A stretch of DNA of 62,931 nucleotides, counting the filler, from Lenisia limosa (Eukaryota; Protista; Breviatea): NCBI GenBank assembly GCA_001655205.1. It is 16 parts of 16 records of this genome, joined end to end, with 100 filler letters (N's around TTAATTAATTAA, not from the genome) between each part and the next. Parts side by side here need not be neighbours in the genome. Positions count along the whole stretch, not along the records: positions 1 to 4,341 come from LPNZ01011585.1; positions 4,442 to 6,528 come from LPNZ01006080.1; positions 6,629 to 8,536 come from LPNZ01007978.1; positions 8,637 to 10,040 come from LPNZ01000872.1; positions 10,141 to 24,372 come from LPNZ01002413.1; 11 more parts are not named here. One strand, 5' to 3'. Under the pieces are notes generated by a model. It worked only from the letters and a program-made list of their open reading frames with translations. It was not told the origin of the DNA and made no database searches. Shown piece after piece: positions 1 to 10,280 of the stretch. Within the stretch, counting starts at the first letter, position 1, and each line of letters starts with the position of its first letter. Position numbers and translations under genes: made by a program.

Positions 1-3000
1 CCACCCAGCCGCGGCCGGAGGAGCTGTTGTTGGAGGCGCAGTCGGAGCAGGCGTGGTCATGTCTACTAGCTCTGATAACGAGGTGGGAGAAGGGATTTTA
101 TAACTATTTTTATGATGTATATTCATGTAATATTAATTATATATCATGTAATTATAGTTGTATGCAAAAGGGTGTTTGTACCATTTATGGTAAATATCGT
201 CCATTTGTTTGTTTGGAGATTCAGATTATTCTGTTCGTGATGAGTACCTTTACGTAAATATTCTTCATCGGAATTTTCTTCGTTTTACTTTTTTTGTTTC
301 ATAAATTACCAAATTTACCCTCCCCCCCCTCAGCGTATAGCGGAACTGGAAGAAGCCCTTTCTGCGAGTGACGCCAAGCGGAAGCTTTTGGAGACGCAAC
401 ACTCACAACTTAAGGTATGATGAGAGGGACGTAGTAAGTTTTTTTAAGGCAAATGATTGGGGGGGAATAGTATATCGATATGCGTACACAATAATCCAAT
501 ATATGTTATAACTGTGATGGTGTTGACGGCTTTGGTCAGTTACAACCTTGTTTTTTTTTCATCTAGCTATATAGACACACGATGGGTGGGCATGGCCAAT
601 TAATTCAGTACCCATTTTTTTACTATCTTAACACTATTGACATAATAGGTTAACATTGACTTTGTAACGCATGATTTGATGTTCATTCTGAATAATTTAA
701 CGAGCTGATTGAATCTGATTTTTATTTTCTTGCCAAGAAAAATCTATGCCCAAAACTCATTTTATATCATGACAATAACATGGATGAACATTATTGACAC
801 TCCAGGACAAGTTCCGGGCCTCAGTGGCAGCGGGAGGATCAGCCCAGTCCTCAGACTCAACACAGGGCGTGGCACCGGTCGTGGTGAGTGGGGGTTGGGG
901 GTTGGTAGGGCTTCACTTCGGTTTGACAATTACCAGTACAATATCAATAGTTTTCGAGAATTTATCAAGAATTTTGAACCGAAATGAACACTTGGGGGAT
1001 AGTGGAGGGTATTTTTGGGATACGGGAATTTCCCATTTTTGCTCAAAGCCTTGTCTTTCTTATTTTTCCAGATGTCTGAAGAGGAGAAAATCATTCGTGC
1101 TAAAGGTTGGCCTATTCCGGTTATCACCCCCCCCCCNNNNNNNNNNNNNNNNNNNNNNNNNNNNNNNNNNNNNNNNNNNNNNNNNNNNNNNNNNNNNNNN
1201 NNNNNNNNNNNCATTACCCTTGATCAGCTGCCGAGCTCAACATCCCGGCCGATCGAAGGGAAAAGCTTGATGCCAGTATTCTGCGGTCTGCAGTGGAGGA
1301 GAGAGCGTCTTTGAAACAGTTCAAAGTGGGAGGGATTTGAGGTTTAGTTAATTTGTGTGGGGGAATATATTGCGATCTGCAGTGGAGGAAAGGACCTCTT
1401 TAAGGCTTTTCAAGGTTAAAGGACAGTGGTGAATATCGTATACTTTGTTATTCTGTTTTGTTGCAACGTGTTCAATAATTTGTCACCAAGTGACACTTCG
1501 CAACACCACACCCAAAAAAAAAGGTTACCGAATCCGCAGATTGAGATCAAAGATCGCCAAACGCAGAGGGCGGCAGTCAAGGAGAAAATCGTCCAGTGGC
1601 ACGATACCTTCGAGGAGGAGCATGGCAACAAGCCTGACAAGAAGGACAAAGTCGCTATAAGGTTGGGGGCTTTCAGTGCGCTACTATAATTCAATATCTC
1701 GTAGCGTGATGGCGTGGACGGCTTACAGCCAGTGACAACCTTATTTTGTATTTCTCGCTGCTATACTATTATATATATTATGTGATTAAAGGAACATTTT
1801 AGTTTTGAAAAGTGGTTAGTAGATTGGGAAGGGTTTTGTAATTTCTGTAGATATGTGGGGTTTTTATGTGGCATTGAGGAAGGGAAAGAGGTTTTTGGCA
1901 AATGGCGATGAGGTATCGTTATTTTGTCAACTCTTTGATCAGTATATACAGTGACCAGGATAAGTCTAACGGAAAATCGGGCAAGACTTAATCTGGTCAC
2001 TGTACGTAATTTGGAAGATGGAATGGTTTTACTAGTTTCGAACTTCTCATTTTCTAGTGGATATGAAAAACGAATGTTGATACGTATTTGAGAAACGAAC
2101 GTTTTTGAATTACTGATTATTTCAGGCCGCTCTATGAGGAGTATAAGGGATTTGATTCCGAAATCCAAGGAGATGAGGCCGAGTACCGCGTATGAGGTTG
2201 ATGATAATTGGTCGTGGTTGATGGGGGTAATGATGTATGCTATTTGATGGTGGAGTATTTTGAGGAATAGCGAAAAACGCCTTCCTCTCCCTCTTATATT
2301 CCAGGAGAGGCGCAATTTGCTCCAATTTCGACTGCATCTTTCGGAGGGAAAAGTGCCGGACGGTGAAATGCCCCAGTTACCCGAGGAGGCTGCCCCGAGT
2401 TCCGTGGCCGGTTTGATGGGAATATTGCTGCAAATGAACAACGAAAACTCCCAAATATGGGGGAGTAGTCCCCCTCGTTAAATTTGGACAAAATATATCG
2501 ATATATACAGTGACAGGGATCAGCCTTGACCGATTGTCTTTGGAATGATAGAGCCTTATCTCGGCCACTTTATATTGTTTAATTTACCCCCATTTGCAGA
2601 AGCGACTGGCCTGGGATTTGTTTGTTTNNNNNNNNNNNNNNNNNNNNNNNNNNNNNNNNNNNNNNNNNNNNNNNNNNNNNNNNNNNNNNNNNNNNNNNNN
2701 NNNNNNNNNNNNNNNNNNNNNNNNNNNNNNNNNNNNNNNNNNNNNNNNNNNNNNNNNNNNNNNTTGCCGAACTGGACTGGACCTCCGAAAAGGAGCGCTT
2801 GGAGACAGAGGCTTTGAGACTCAAGGTTTGGGGTGGTTGGGTGTTCTTGTTTTTGTTTTGAAGGAAAGTGGGTTTGTAAAAGGGGTAACTTATAGTAAGT
2901 ATGGCTTTCTTCTGTTCTACACGTCACCATCGATATATTAATATATTGCACTATGAGCCATCTCATCCATAATCAATACCATATAGTACATGAGAAATCT

Positions 3001-4197
3001 AGGTAGCAAATACATACATTGGAATACCATAAACAAATTCGCGCTAGGTTGTAAAACTATCTAAATAGTACCAGAGATTCATGTCCTTATCCAAAACAGT
3101 CATTTTTTACAATTCCAGGGCCGGGCAGAGAGCGCAGAGAAGTCACATAGCCGTGCGGTGGAAGCAGCAGATGAGGCTAGGGATGAACTCGAAATGATTA
3201 AGGATGACTTGATAAGGTGTGTGAGGGAGTGGGCCTGATTACTGCACTCCAATCCAGATAATGACTATATTACTCGATATATTTCGATAGTTTACCGATC
3301 TTTTTCGGACCGGAGTGAAGCCCTAAGAGCGTTCTGTGGATGGATCAGAATATTTCAATCACGGCAAGTGCACAAATTCATTTGTAGTACTGAACACGGA
3401 CCGGTCCCCCTTTCGAGGGTCATATGTAGGGCTTCCCTGCGCTCCGAAAAATCCCGTCAAAGTATCGATATTTATCAAGTATTATTCGAGAAATTCAGTC
3501 TTTTTGGGAACGTAGGGAAGGCCTTGATATACACATACATGCATATCATATCAATTGTGCATTATGACGATCATTGTTGACCCTATGTAGGGCAGAAGAC
3601 GAATTGGAACTCACTCGGAATAAGGCACAGAAAGCCCTTTCACGCCAACGGACGGAGGAGGGGTGGGGGTGGGGCANNNNNNNNNNNNNNNNNNNNNNNN
3701 NNNNNNNNNNNNNNNNNNNNNNNNNNNNNNNNNNNNNNNNNNNNNNNNNNNNNNNNNNNNNNNNNNNNNNNNNNNNNNNNNNNNNCCCCCCCCTAGGTCG
3801 GACGAAACGGTTGAACTTGTCGATACTGAGGAGCTGGATAATCTCAGATCGAAGCTCCACCAGTCACATAAAGATATTCGCAAGGTTTGTGTGGGTTGTT
3901 TTATTGGTAGGGTTTGTGTATCACACACTGCCTTCATATGAACATTCCTAAGGTTTGTGAGCTTTAAAGATGTTATCGGTAAAAATGTTATTATCATTCG
4001 TTTTTAGTAGTAAATATACATACAAACAGTCCCACAAGGACTAGAGCACTATATTTGTCATTCATCCCCCCTCCCTAATTTAACCATAACATCATTTCAC
4101 TCCCACCCAGGTTGAACGAGAGCTATACGACGCGCGAATGGCGTTGCGCGCAGTGGAGAAAGCTGGAGGCTCGACCTCGGGGGAGGTGTCTGAACAG
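1..4197 (+). CDS. Partial multi-exon coiled-coil protein with a FAM13/Sld2-type helical-hairpin motif
   Basis: Spliced GT-AG exons: RIAELEEALSASDAKRKLLETQHSQLK (334-414), DKFRASVAAGGS..., VKEKIVQWHDTFEEEHGNKPDKKDKVAIR|PLYEEYK (intron 1662-2125, phase-compatible), AEDELELTRNKAQKAL, VERELYDARMALRAVEK. Truncated at both ends. Confidence 0.65.
207..333 (+). repeat. 3'-splice-site-associated repeat copy ending in the acceptor of intron 83-333
   Basis: Module A followed by the end of module B, ending TTTACCCTCCCCCCCCTCAG|exon. Confidence 0.8.
906..993. mobile_element. MITE family 1 copy (type A)
   Basis: TAGGGCTTCACTTCGGTTTG ... AACCGAAATGAACACT, intronic. Confidence 0.65.
1947..2004. mobile_element. 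MITE family 2 (Tc1/mariner-like ends), 54 bp plus TA flanks
   Basis: TA|CAGTGACCAGGATAAGTCT ... AGACTTAATCTGGTCACTG|TA. Confidence 0.7.
3235..3325. mobile_element. MITE family 1 copy (decayed left arm)
   Basis: Ends TTTTTCGGACCGGAGTGAAGCCCTA; the internal TCGATA motifs are present. Confidence 0.6.
3427..3525. mobile_element. MITE family 1 copy (type B)
   Basis: TAGGGCTTCCCTGCGCTCCG ... GGGAACGTAGGGAAGGCCT. Confidence 0.65.
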
Positions 4198-4341
4198 GTT
4201 GGTGGGGGAATATATTTTAAACATATCAATATATTTCTTCATATAGTGCTGCTTTTTTCATCGAAATATGCTACAAGTGCATACATGTAGAAATTGATAT
4301 ATTATATGTAGCTATGTATATACAATTGTACAGATTTGGGT

Positions 4342-4441
4342 NNNNNNNNNNNNNNNNNNNNNNNNNNNNNNNNNNNNNNNNNNNNTTAATTAATTAANNN
4401 NNNNNNNNNNNNNNNNNNNNNNNNNNNNNNNNNNNNNNNNN
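4342..4441. other. Artificial contig spacer (first of 15)
   Basis: 44 N + TTAATTAATTAA (stop codons in all six frames) + 44 N. The same spacer starts at 6529, 8537, 10041, 24373, 26942, 29009, 31004, 34111, 36400, 40523, 46235, 48133, 57578 and 59637. Confidence 0.97.
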
Positions 4442-4489
4442 CGCTGTGTCCCCTCATCCCCCTCATTTTCCTCTACATCTGCCCTAAAA

Positions 4490-4960
4490 GGTTGGCCCCC
4501 CGGGTGCTGTTCAATGAGTACAAAAAGAAATTTCTCACAAAAACAACATCTATCTGTATGATACCGGTCATCCAGACTCGGAAATGATGATTAGGGCTTC
4601 ACTTCGGTACAAAGTGGATTTTGGTTCGTTACGCCAGTTTTCTTCTTCGAAATTCCTTGCCTCCATATTCCATATTTACCCCCTTCCAGACAGTCCAAAA
4701 ACGCGAAGTACTCAAGGGTTTCCGTATAGCGCTTTCCTATGAGTTTTCCAAAAGAATTTTCCATTGTTTTGTTTTGTTTTTTGCTATCCTTTTTATTTTA
4801 TTTCACACCAATATCAAGCCGGCAAACAGTAAATGATCGTTTAATCCCTGATTTATCCTTATAAGTACCAGGCGGACCAAGGCGCCTTGAGGTGGACCAT
4901 ATTGGTCCAGTTGACATAGCCCAGATAAGACCTCTCCCAGAGTATAACAACTGTAGAGGA
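4490..4960 (-). CDS. Exon fragments of an unknown protein (possibly the 3' part of the PACS-like gene)
   Basis: Phase-compatible exons give STGPIWSTSRRLGPPGTYKDKSGIKRSFTVCRLDIG|KRYTETLEYFAFLDCLEG. No family recognised. Confidence 0.3.
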
Positions 4961-5426
4961 TAACGGGGGGAAAAGAGCACATCTTCACAATCCCAAGGAG
5001 ACTTAGACCAGGAGAAAAAGAAAGAGGAAAGAACCTCCGGACAAACGAAACATTGAATCAAAGGTGACCAAGATACTACAAGAAGCAGCCCGCCCAGCCC
5101 AAAACGGCAATAGTGGTATCAATCACTGCTTGAAAACTGACACAAAGTGATATATTGGGTAAAATCTTCACATGGATAAATCGGAAAAATCTACATTGAA
5201 AAAACAAAACAATCAAACCTAAAAAATGAACTTAACATCAAAAAAACAGAACATAATTAGAAAAAAAAACAAAAAATAAGAAAAACAAGAAAGGGTCGCT
5301 AGCAGGGGCCTGAAGGGTGAGAGGCATGTTTTGAGAAAACGTAATGTTGTTGCCATTCAACCCCCTCCCCCCAATAGCATCAATACTGACTGTAATACAA
5401 CAGAAGATATCTATTCTTACCACTAA

Positions 5427-8400
5427 TATTGGCGGAAATTGGAAGAGCTTCGTCGAGTCTGAGCCCGGGTATGAGAGAATTTCTCAGCCATTCGCACCGC
5501 CTTCAGGATACTAGTCAAGGCGTCAACACCACTCACCGCAGGGCTGGGGGGGGGGGGGNNNNNNNNNNNNNNNNNNNNNNNNNNNNNNNNNNNNNNNNNN
5601 NNNNNNNNNNNNAGCAACACACGAGGCTTGAAAACAGCGGGTGTGTGTGTGTAATTATATTACTATGATATGTATACTACATGGAGATGTGTGTGTGTGT
5701 GTGGGGGGGAGGTCCCCATATCTCTAGTATTACCAGAGCTTCACCTTTGGTCCCAAATGCCATGTTATATATCTATATTTATTTATTTATTGAGGATTTA
5801 TTACTATTTAGAACTACAAATGAAGCCCCTATCAATACCCCTTCCATATCACTATTACAACTCAGCATGAAATCCCCATCACTACTTTTCAGGCTCCCTC
5901 CAGTAGCTCAGGTCGTTGCCTTGGAGGGCGCGACTCCTTTCGTCAATATAGCCGAGAAGTGCTGCACAATCAACCTAAAAGATGACAGTTATGATAAAAC
6001 CTAAAATGTGACGGTTATGCTGATAAGATAAGGGATAGCGGGAAAAGGGGTGAAGAATAGGGGAAAGGAGTTATGATGATGGGTACTTCATCGATATACC
6101 CAAGAAGGACTGTGTAGTCCCACTCGCTGAAAAAAGAATCTGATCCATTCCTCCACCCCCCACGTTCATGATCGTAGCTACGTTCTGAAAAAGCAAGATA
6201 TTCGATATGGGAAGGTGCGACGGGGTCACCCCGTCCGCGATGTCAAGGCGGACTAAAATCCTGGGGGGAGTAAAACGAAGGAAATTTAGAGGAAGAATAT
6301 TGGCGTAATGGTACTAATCACGAACCGAATAATCTGAAACTCCAAAAATAGAAAAACAAAACAAAACAAAACAAAACAAAACAAAACAAAACAAGCAATA
6401 ACGAACACGAGCAACCAACGCTAAAACTAGTGACAAAAACATAAAAACAAAAACAAGCCTAAATTCCTGGGGGTGAAAATGAAGATTGAAGGGTATGCAC
6501 TCACCACTTCAAATGTAACATATATATANNNNNNNNNNNNNNNNNNNNNNNNNNNNNNNNNNNNNNNNNNNNTTAATTAATTAANNNNNNNNNNNNNNNN
6601 NNNNNNNNNNNNNNNNNNNNNNNNNNNNCAGTCCTTAAACCCAAGATAGGTGGCTAGGCCGGAACGCTCAGCAGTGGGAATGACGAAGAAGCGAAGTCTA
6701 GCCATTGCCACAATGTCTCTTTGCTCATACCTGTGGAATTAAGAAGAACATTATTGTATCATATGTAACAAAAACCAAAATCACCTCTGTTGGGTGCCTG
6801 GAAGGGGGGAAATGTAATATACAATAATAAAACAAAAAACACTAATATCACCTTCATTACTTCAACCCCATTTACCATAAACAGACCCACGCGGCCACAA
6901 GGTCAGCAATGACAGCATCACCACCAAGCACCACAATGTTGATCGGTCGGCTTGTTGACACGGATTTCAAGAGGCCTTCGAGGGCAAGGTAGAAGCCTGA
7001 AGAATAAGGGAATAAGCACAAAGAAATGCTATTTGTGAATTCGTCCTGTTTCTGTCATTTTCTGTGGATGTTACTTTTGTGTAGCCAACCGCTGGATCTC
7101 TATGATCCTAGCTTCAATAGAGACTTTACTGCAAAAAAAGCTATTAGGCAATGTTTCTTCTTGCAGTTGCAGTTCAGGCAAAAGTATCGAAAAAGCTCAA
7201 AAGTAGACCATCATTCTCCTCAACCTACCAGGGAGGGGGATAGAGAGGGGAGTGGTGAGCTGGGTGAAGTCGCATCCTGAGGAGTGAACATGGTAAAAGT
7301 CAGTCATTTTGAAGAATTAGCTTGGTAAAAGCCGGCCATTTGAAGAATAAACATGGTAATAGTCGGCCATTCGAGGAGTAAACATGCCATTTGAGATGTT
7401 GAACTATGACACCATTCATATACAGGCACATTTGCGGCACAGTTATTGTACAACACACGGCATTTTATATGGTGAGGAAAAAAAAAGAGTCCCCACCATC
7501 ACCCCCCCCCCCCATGAAAAAANNNNNNNNNNNNNNNNNNNNNNNNNNNNNNNNNNNNNNNNNNNNNNNNNNNNNNNNNNNNNNNNNNNNNNNNNNNNNN
7601 NNATGGGCAACGGAGGCGGAATGAAGTCTACAACCTCCTGTGACATGTCAGCAATATGGGGGCACGCCACACACGACGACGCCAAAGCAGAAATCTCAGT
7701 CTCATCACCTGGGGGGAGGGGATAAAACGACGGAAATTTCGATGAAGAATGTTGTCGTAAAGGTACTAATGAAACATTTAGAAAAAAACAAAAAACAAAA
7801 AAAAAACACACATTCAACTCTGTTGCAAAAAAGAATAAAACGAACTAATCCCCGACCAGTCACTTTTGCAGTTCCGTATTCCGAATGGAACAAAACGGAA
7901 CATTCTGACCAAGATAAGTTTTGACTGATTTGCTGATAATATACCAGGGAAAATCGGTCAAAACTTATCCCGGTCCCTGTATATTGTATATCATATAATC
8001 TGTGATACTGCCCTTTGTATGCATATTACTTTGGTGTGCAAAAAGACAAACCCGCTAAATCCTCACTTCGCCCCACTCATCTTGCACAACAAAACGCCCC
8101 CATACCTTCCACCACGGCATTGAAGAAAGAGGCCACAAAGGCAGCGTCATTAGAAGGGGAGGCCTGGGGATGGGGGGTAAATGTGGGAAATTTATGAAAC
8201 AAAAAAAACCCAAACTCTGTCGGCTGACAACACACAAGGGTTGATAGGGGAGTAAAATTGGGAACTTTATGAAACAAAAAGCCCAAATCAACGGGGGGGG
8301 GGGGNNNNNNNNNNNNNNNNNNNNNNNNNNNNNNNNNNNNNNNNNNNNNNNNNNNNNNNNNNNNNNNNNNNNNNNNNNNNNNNNNNNNNNNNNNNNNNNN

Positions 8401-8536
8401 NNTGAAACAAATATAACTCTGCTTGCTAACACGTACAGTCAAAGAAGAAGACCCCCCACCTTGCCAAAGTGGAATTTGAGGTATTGTTCAACAACCTTGT
8501 CGCGCCCCAGGGGAACAGGGTCGAACATGAGAGGCG
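5427..8536 (-). CDS. PACS-1 C-terminal-domain-like protein, partial, apparently spanning the spacer at 6529-6628
   Basis: Exons: PINIVVLGGDAVIADLVAAWVCLW|YEQRDIVAMARLRFFVIPTAERSGLATYLGFKD, then ILVRLDIADGVTPSHLPISNILLFQN|ILFSASGTTQSFL|ALLGYIDE. These resemble, in order, PACS1 [48 protein letters not shown] (recalled). Confidence 0.5.
6261..6395 (-). repeat. 3'-splice-site-associated repeat, module A with an (ACAAA)n end
   Basis: On the gene strand it reads ..CTTCGTTTTACTCCCCCCAG|exon. The far end carries about 8 ACAAA units on the plus strand. Confidence 0.8.
7281..7396. repeat. Degenerate ~30-bp minisatellite (3-4 units)
   Basis: Recurring AAACATGGTAA.AGTCGGCCATT.GA. Confidence 0.6.
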
Positions 8537-8821
8537 NNNNNNNNNNNNNNNNNNNNNNNNNNNNNNNNNNNNNNNNNNNNTTAATTAATTAANNNNNNNN
8601 NNNNNNNNNNNNNNNNNNNNNNNNNNNNNNNNNNNNGTTGGCTGACAACACACCAGTGTTGGTAACAACTTAAAAATCACTAAAAAAACAGCTGGTAAAA
8701 CGAAGGAAATAAGTATGTTTGTGATATGCAATTGTATGATAACACTTGTGCTCACTATCATATTATATAGATATTTGTAGAGTGCAATACATGATAGATA
8801 TACAGTGACAGATATACCCAC

Positions 8822-9268
8822 ATTCTCAGCATCAATGGTTTCGAAGGGATCTTCCACCCACTCGCGATGCCATCTACAAAACATTAATACTCCAAAAAAA
8901 AAAGGATCTGGGGGTAGATATACTGTATAAAACATAAATACGAAGAAAAAGAAAAAAAAGGATCTGGGGGTTAGACAAAACATAAAACAATAAGACAATC
9001 GCCAATTAAACTGGGAGAAGAACCAGAACAACAGTTGAAAAACCTGTGCTTACCCCCCCCCCCTACTTGATCCAGTCGTTCGAAGTGCGCCAAAGTGCGG
9101 CAAAAGGCTCAAACAGCCGCGCTGTGTCGGACAAAGCAGTATGTTGCGTAACTGGCATTCCGAAGAGACGTTCCCTGGAGTTGAATAACTGGGCTCTCGC
9201 CTCCTGTGCGCGAATGTCTTTCTCGATTCTTCGAACTTCGTTGGCAATCTCGACAACCTTTGACAGGT
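8822..9268 (-). CDS. Axonemal dynein heavy chain fragment (N-terminal/DHC_N2 region), 2 exons
   Basis: Exons 9067-9268 (AQLFNSRERLFGMPVTQHTALSDTARLFEPFAALWRTSNDWIK) and 8822-8873 (WHREWVEDPFETIDAEN). This matches the inner-arm dynein pattern N.RE.LFG.P.T.Y......FEP...LW. Confidence 0.8.
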
Positions 9269-9450
9269 CTAGGGGGGGGGGGAGTAAAACGAAGGAAATT
9301 TCGATGAAGAACATTGGCGTAAAGGTACTAATCACGAACCAAATAATCAAAAACTCCAAACAAACAAACTTGGGGAGAATGAGTAAAATTGGAAAATTTA
9401 TCAAACAAAAAAGCCCGAATCAACTCTGTTGGCTGACAACACACGAGGGT
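9269..9450 (-). repeat. 3'-splice-site-associated repeat, full composite copy (modules A and B)
   Basis: On the plus strand, module A is G10-AGTAAAACGAAGGAAATTTCGATGAAGAACATTGGCGTAAAGGTACTAATCACGAACC..CAAAC. Module B is GAGTAAAATTGGAAAATTTATCAAACAAAAAAGCCCGAATCAACTCTGTTGGCTGACAACACACGAGGGTT. About 19 copies or part-copies occur in the window. Confidence 0.85.
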
Positions 9451-10140
9451 TACCCCCTGAGTGCCAACACCAACATGAGTGCGAACAGAAATACCAAAAA
9501 TGTCCCATTTTGACTACAATTTGTGGGAAATTTACCAAAAGGTATGCCTTGATCCCCTCTTTAAGAGTGAAGCATTGAAAAAAACGTATATTTTTGAACT
9601 GAACTGAACTGAACGGAACTTGGTTTATTAAGCAGAGTTACCTTTTCACTGAAACCCTCTGGTATTTTAAGATAGTCGAGTGTTTATGCTTCCGTCTATG
9701 ACTCAAAGGAGCTTGGATCGATCCCGGAGTTAACAAAAGAGAGTTCAGGGCACTTATTGTGGGAATGTGCTCTGTGTATAGTATTACCCCATTTATTCGT
9801 ATTTTTCTTCTTTTTATATGTTAATTTGTAAAAACATGTCCTCAACAGTATCTTATGGGCATAAGCAAATTTTCAAATTCTGAATATACTATGATTTATA
9901 GGAAGCATTTATTTCACGTTTTTGAACGATTTTATGATTTAGATCGACTTAGAGTTGACGCAACAGAGTAGTTAATTATGATAGTTTCCGAGGTACCGTT
10001 TGTTGTTGTTGTATGCGTTACTTTAAGTATTGCCGAATACNNNNNNNNNNNNNNNNNNNNNNNNNNNNNNNNNNNNNNNNNNNNTTAATTAATTAANNNN
10101 NNNNNNNNNNNNNNNNNNNNNNNNNNNNNNNNNNNNNNNN

Positions 10141-10220
10141 TGACTCGTCACAAATGTCGTCGGCAGCCTTGGCCACCATGGCTAATGGACTGCCCGAAGC
10201 CGACCCTGCCCCGTCCATGT
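10141..10220 (-). CDS. Possible first exon of a gene truncated by the spacer
   Basis: AAACATGG start context, then MDGAGSASGSPLAMVAKAADDICDES runs into the N spacer. Confidence 0.25.
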
Positions 10221-10280
10221 TTGTTGTTGTCAAAACCGGTACTGAGATGAGACAAAAAGGACGAGCGCGGTACTCCACTC

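Noticed and set aside
1285-1400. CTGCAGTGGAGGA repeated here and similar to 62197
   Set aside because: The 62197 match lies inside an ABCA exon and is short. It is treated as coincidence plus a local duplication.
1761-2441. Longest ORF in the track (226 aa, minus strand)
   Set aside because: It is antisense to two well-supported plus-strand exons and includes a MITE, with no recognisable motif.
4386-4397. TTAATTAATTAA palindrome repeated 15 times
   Set aside because: It is always centred in 44 N + 44 N, so it is an artificial six-frame-stop spacer and not a biological motif, CRISPR repeat or piggyBac site.
9595-9622. (TGAAC)n runs here and at 33841
   Set aside because: They are short 5-bp microsatellites of 4-5 units, not telomeric and with no associated structure.
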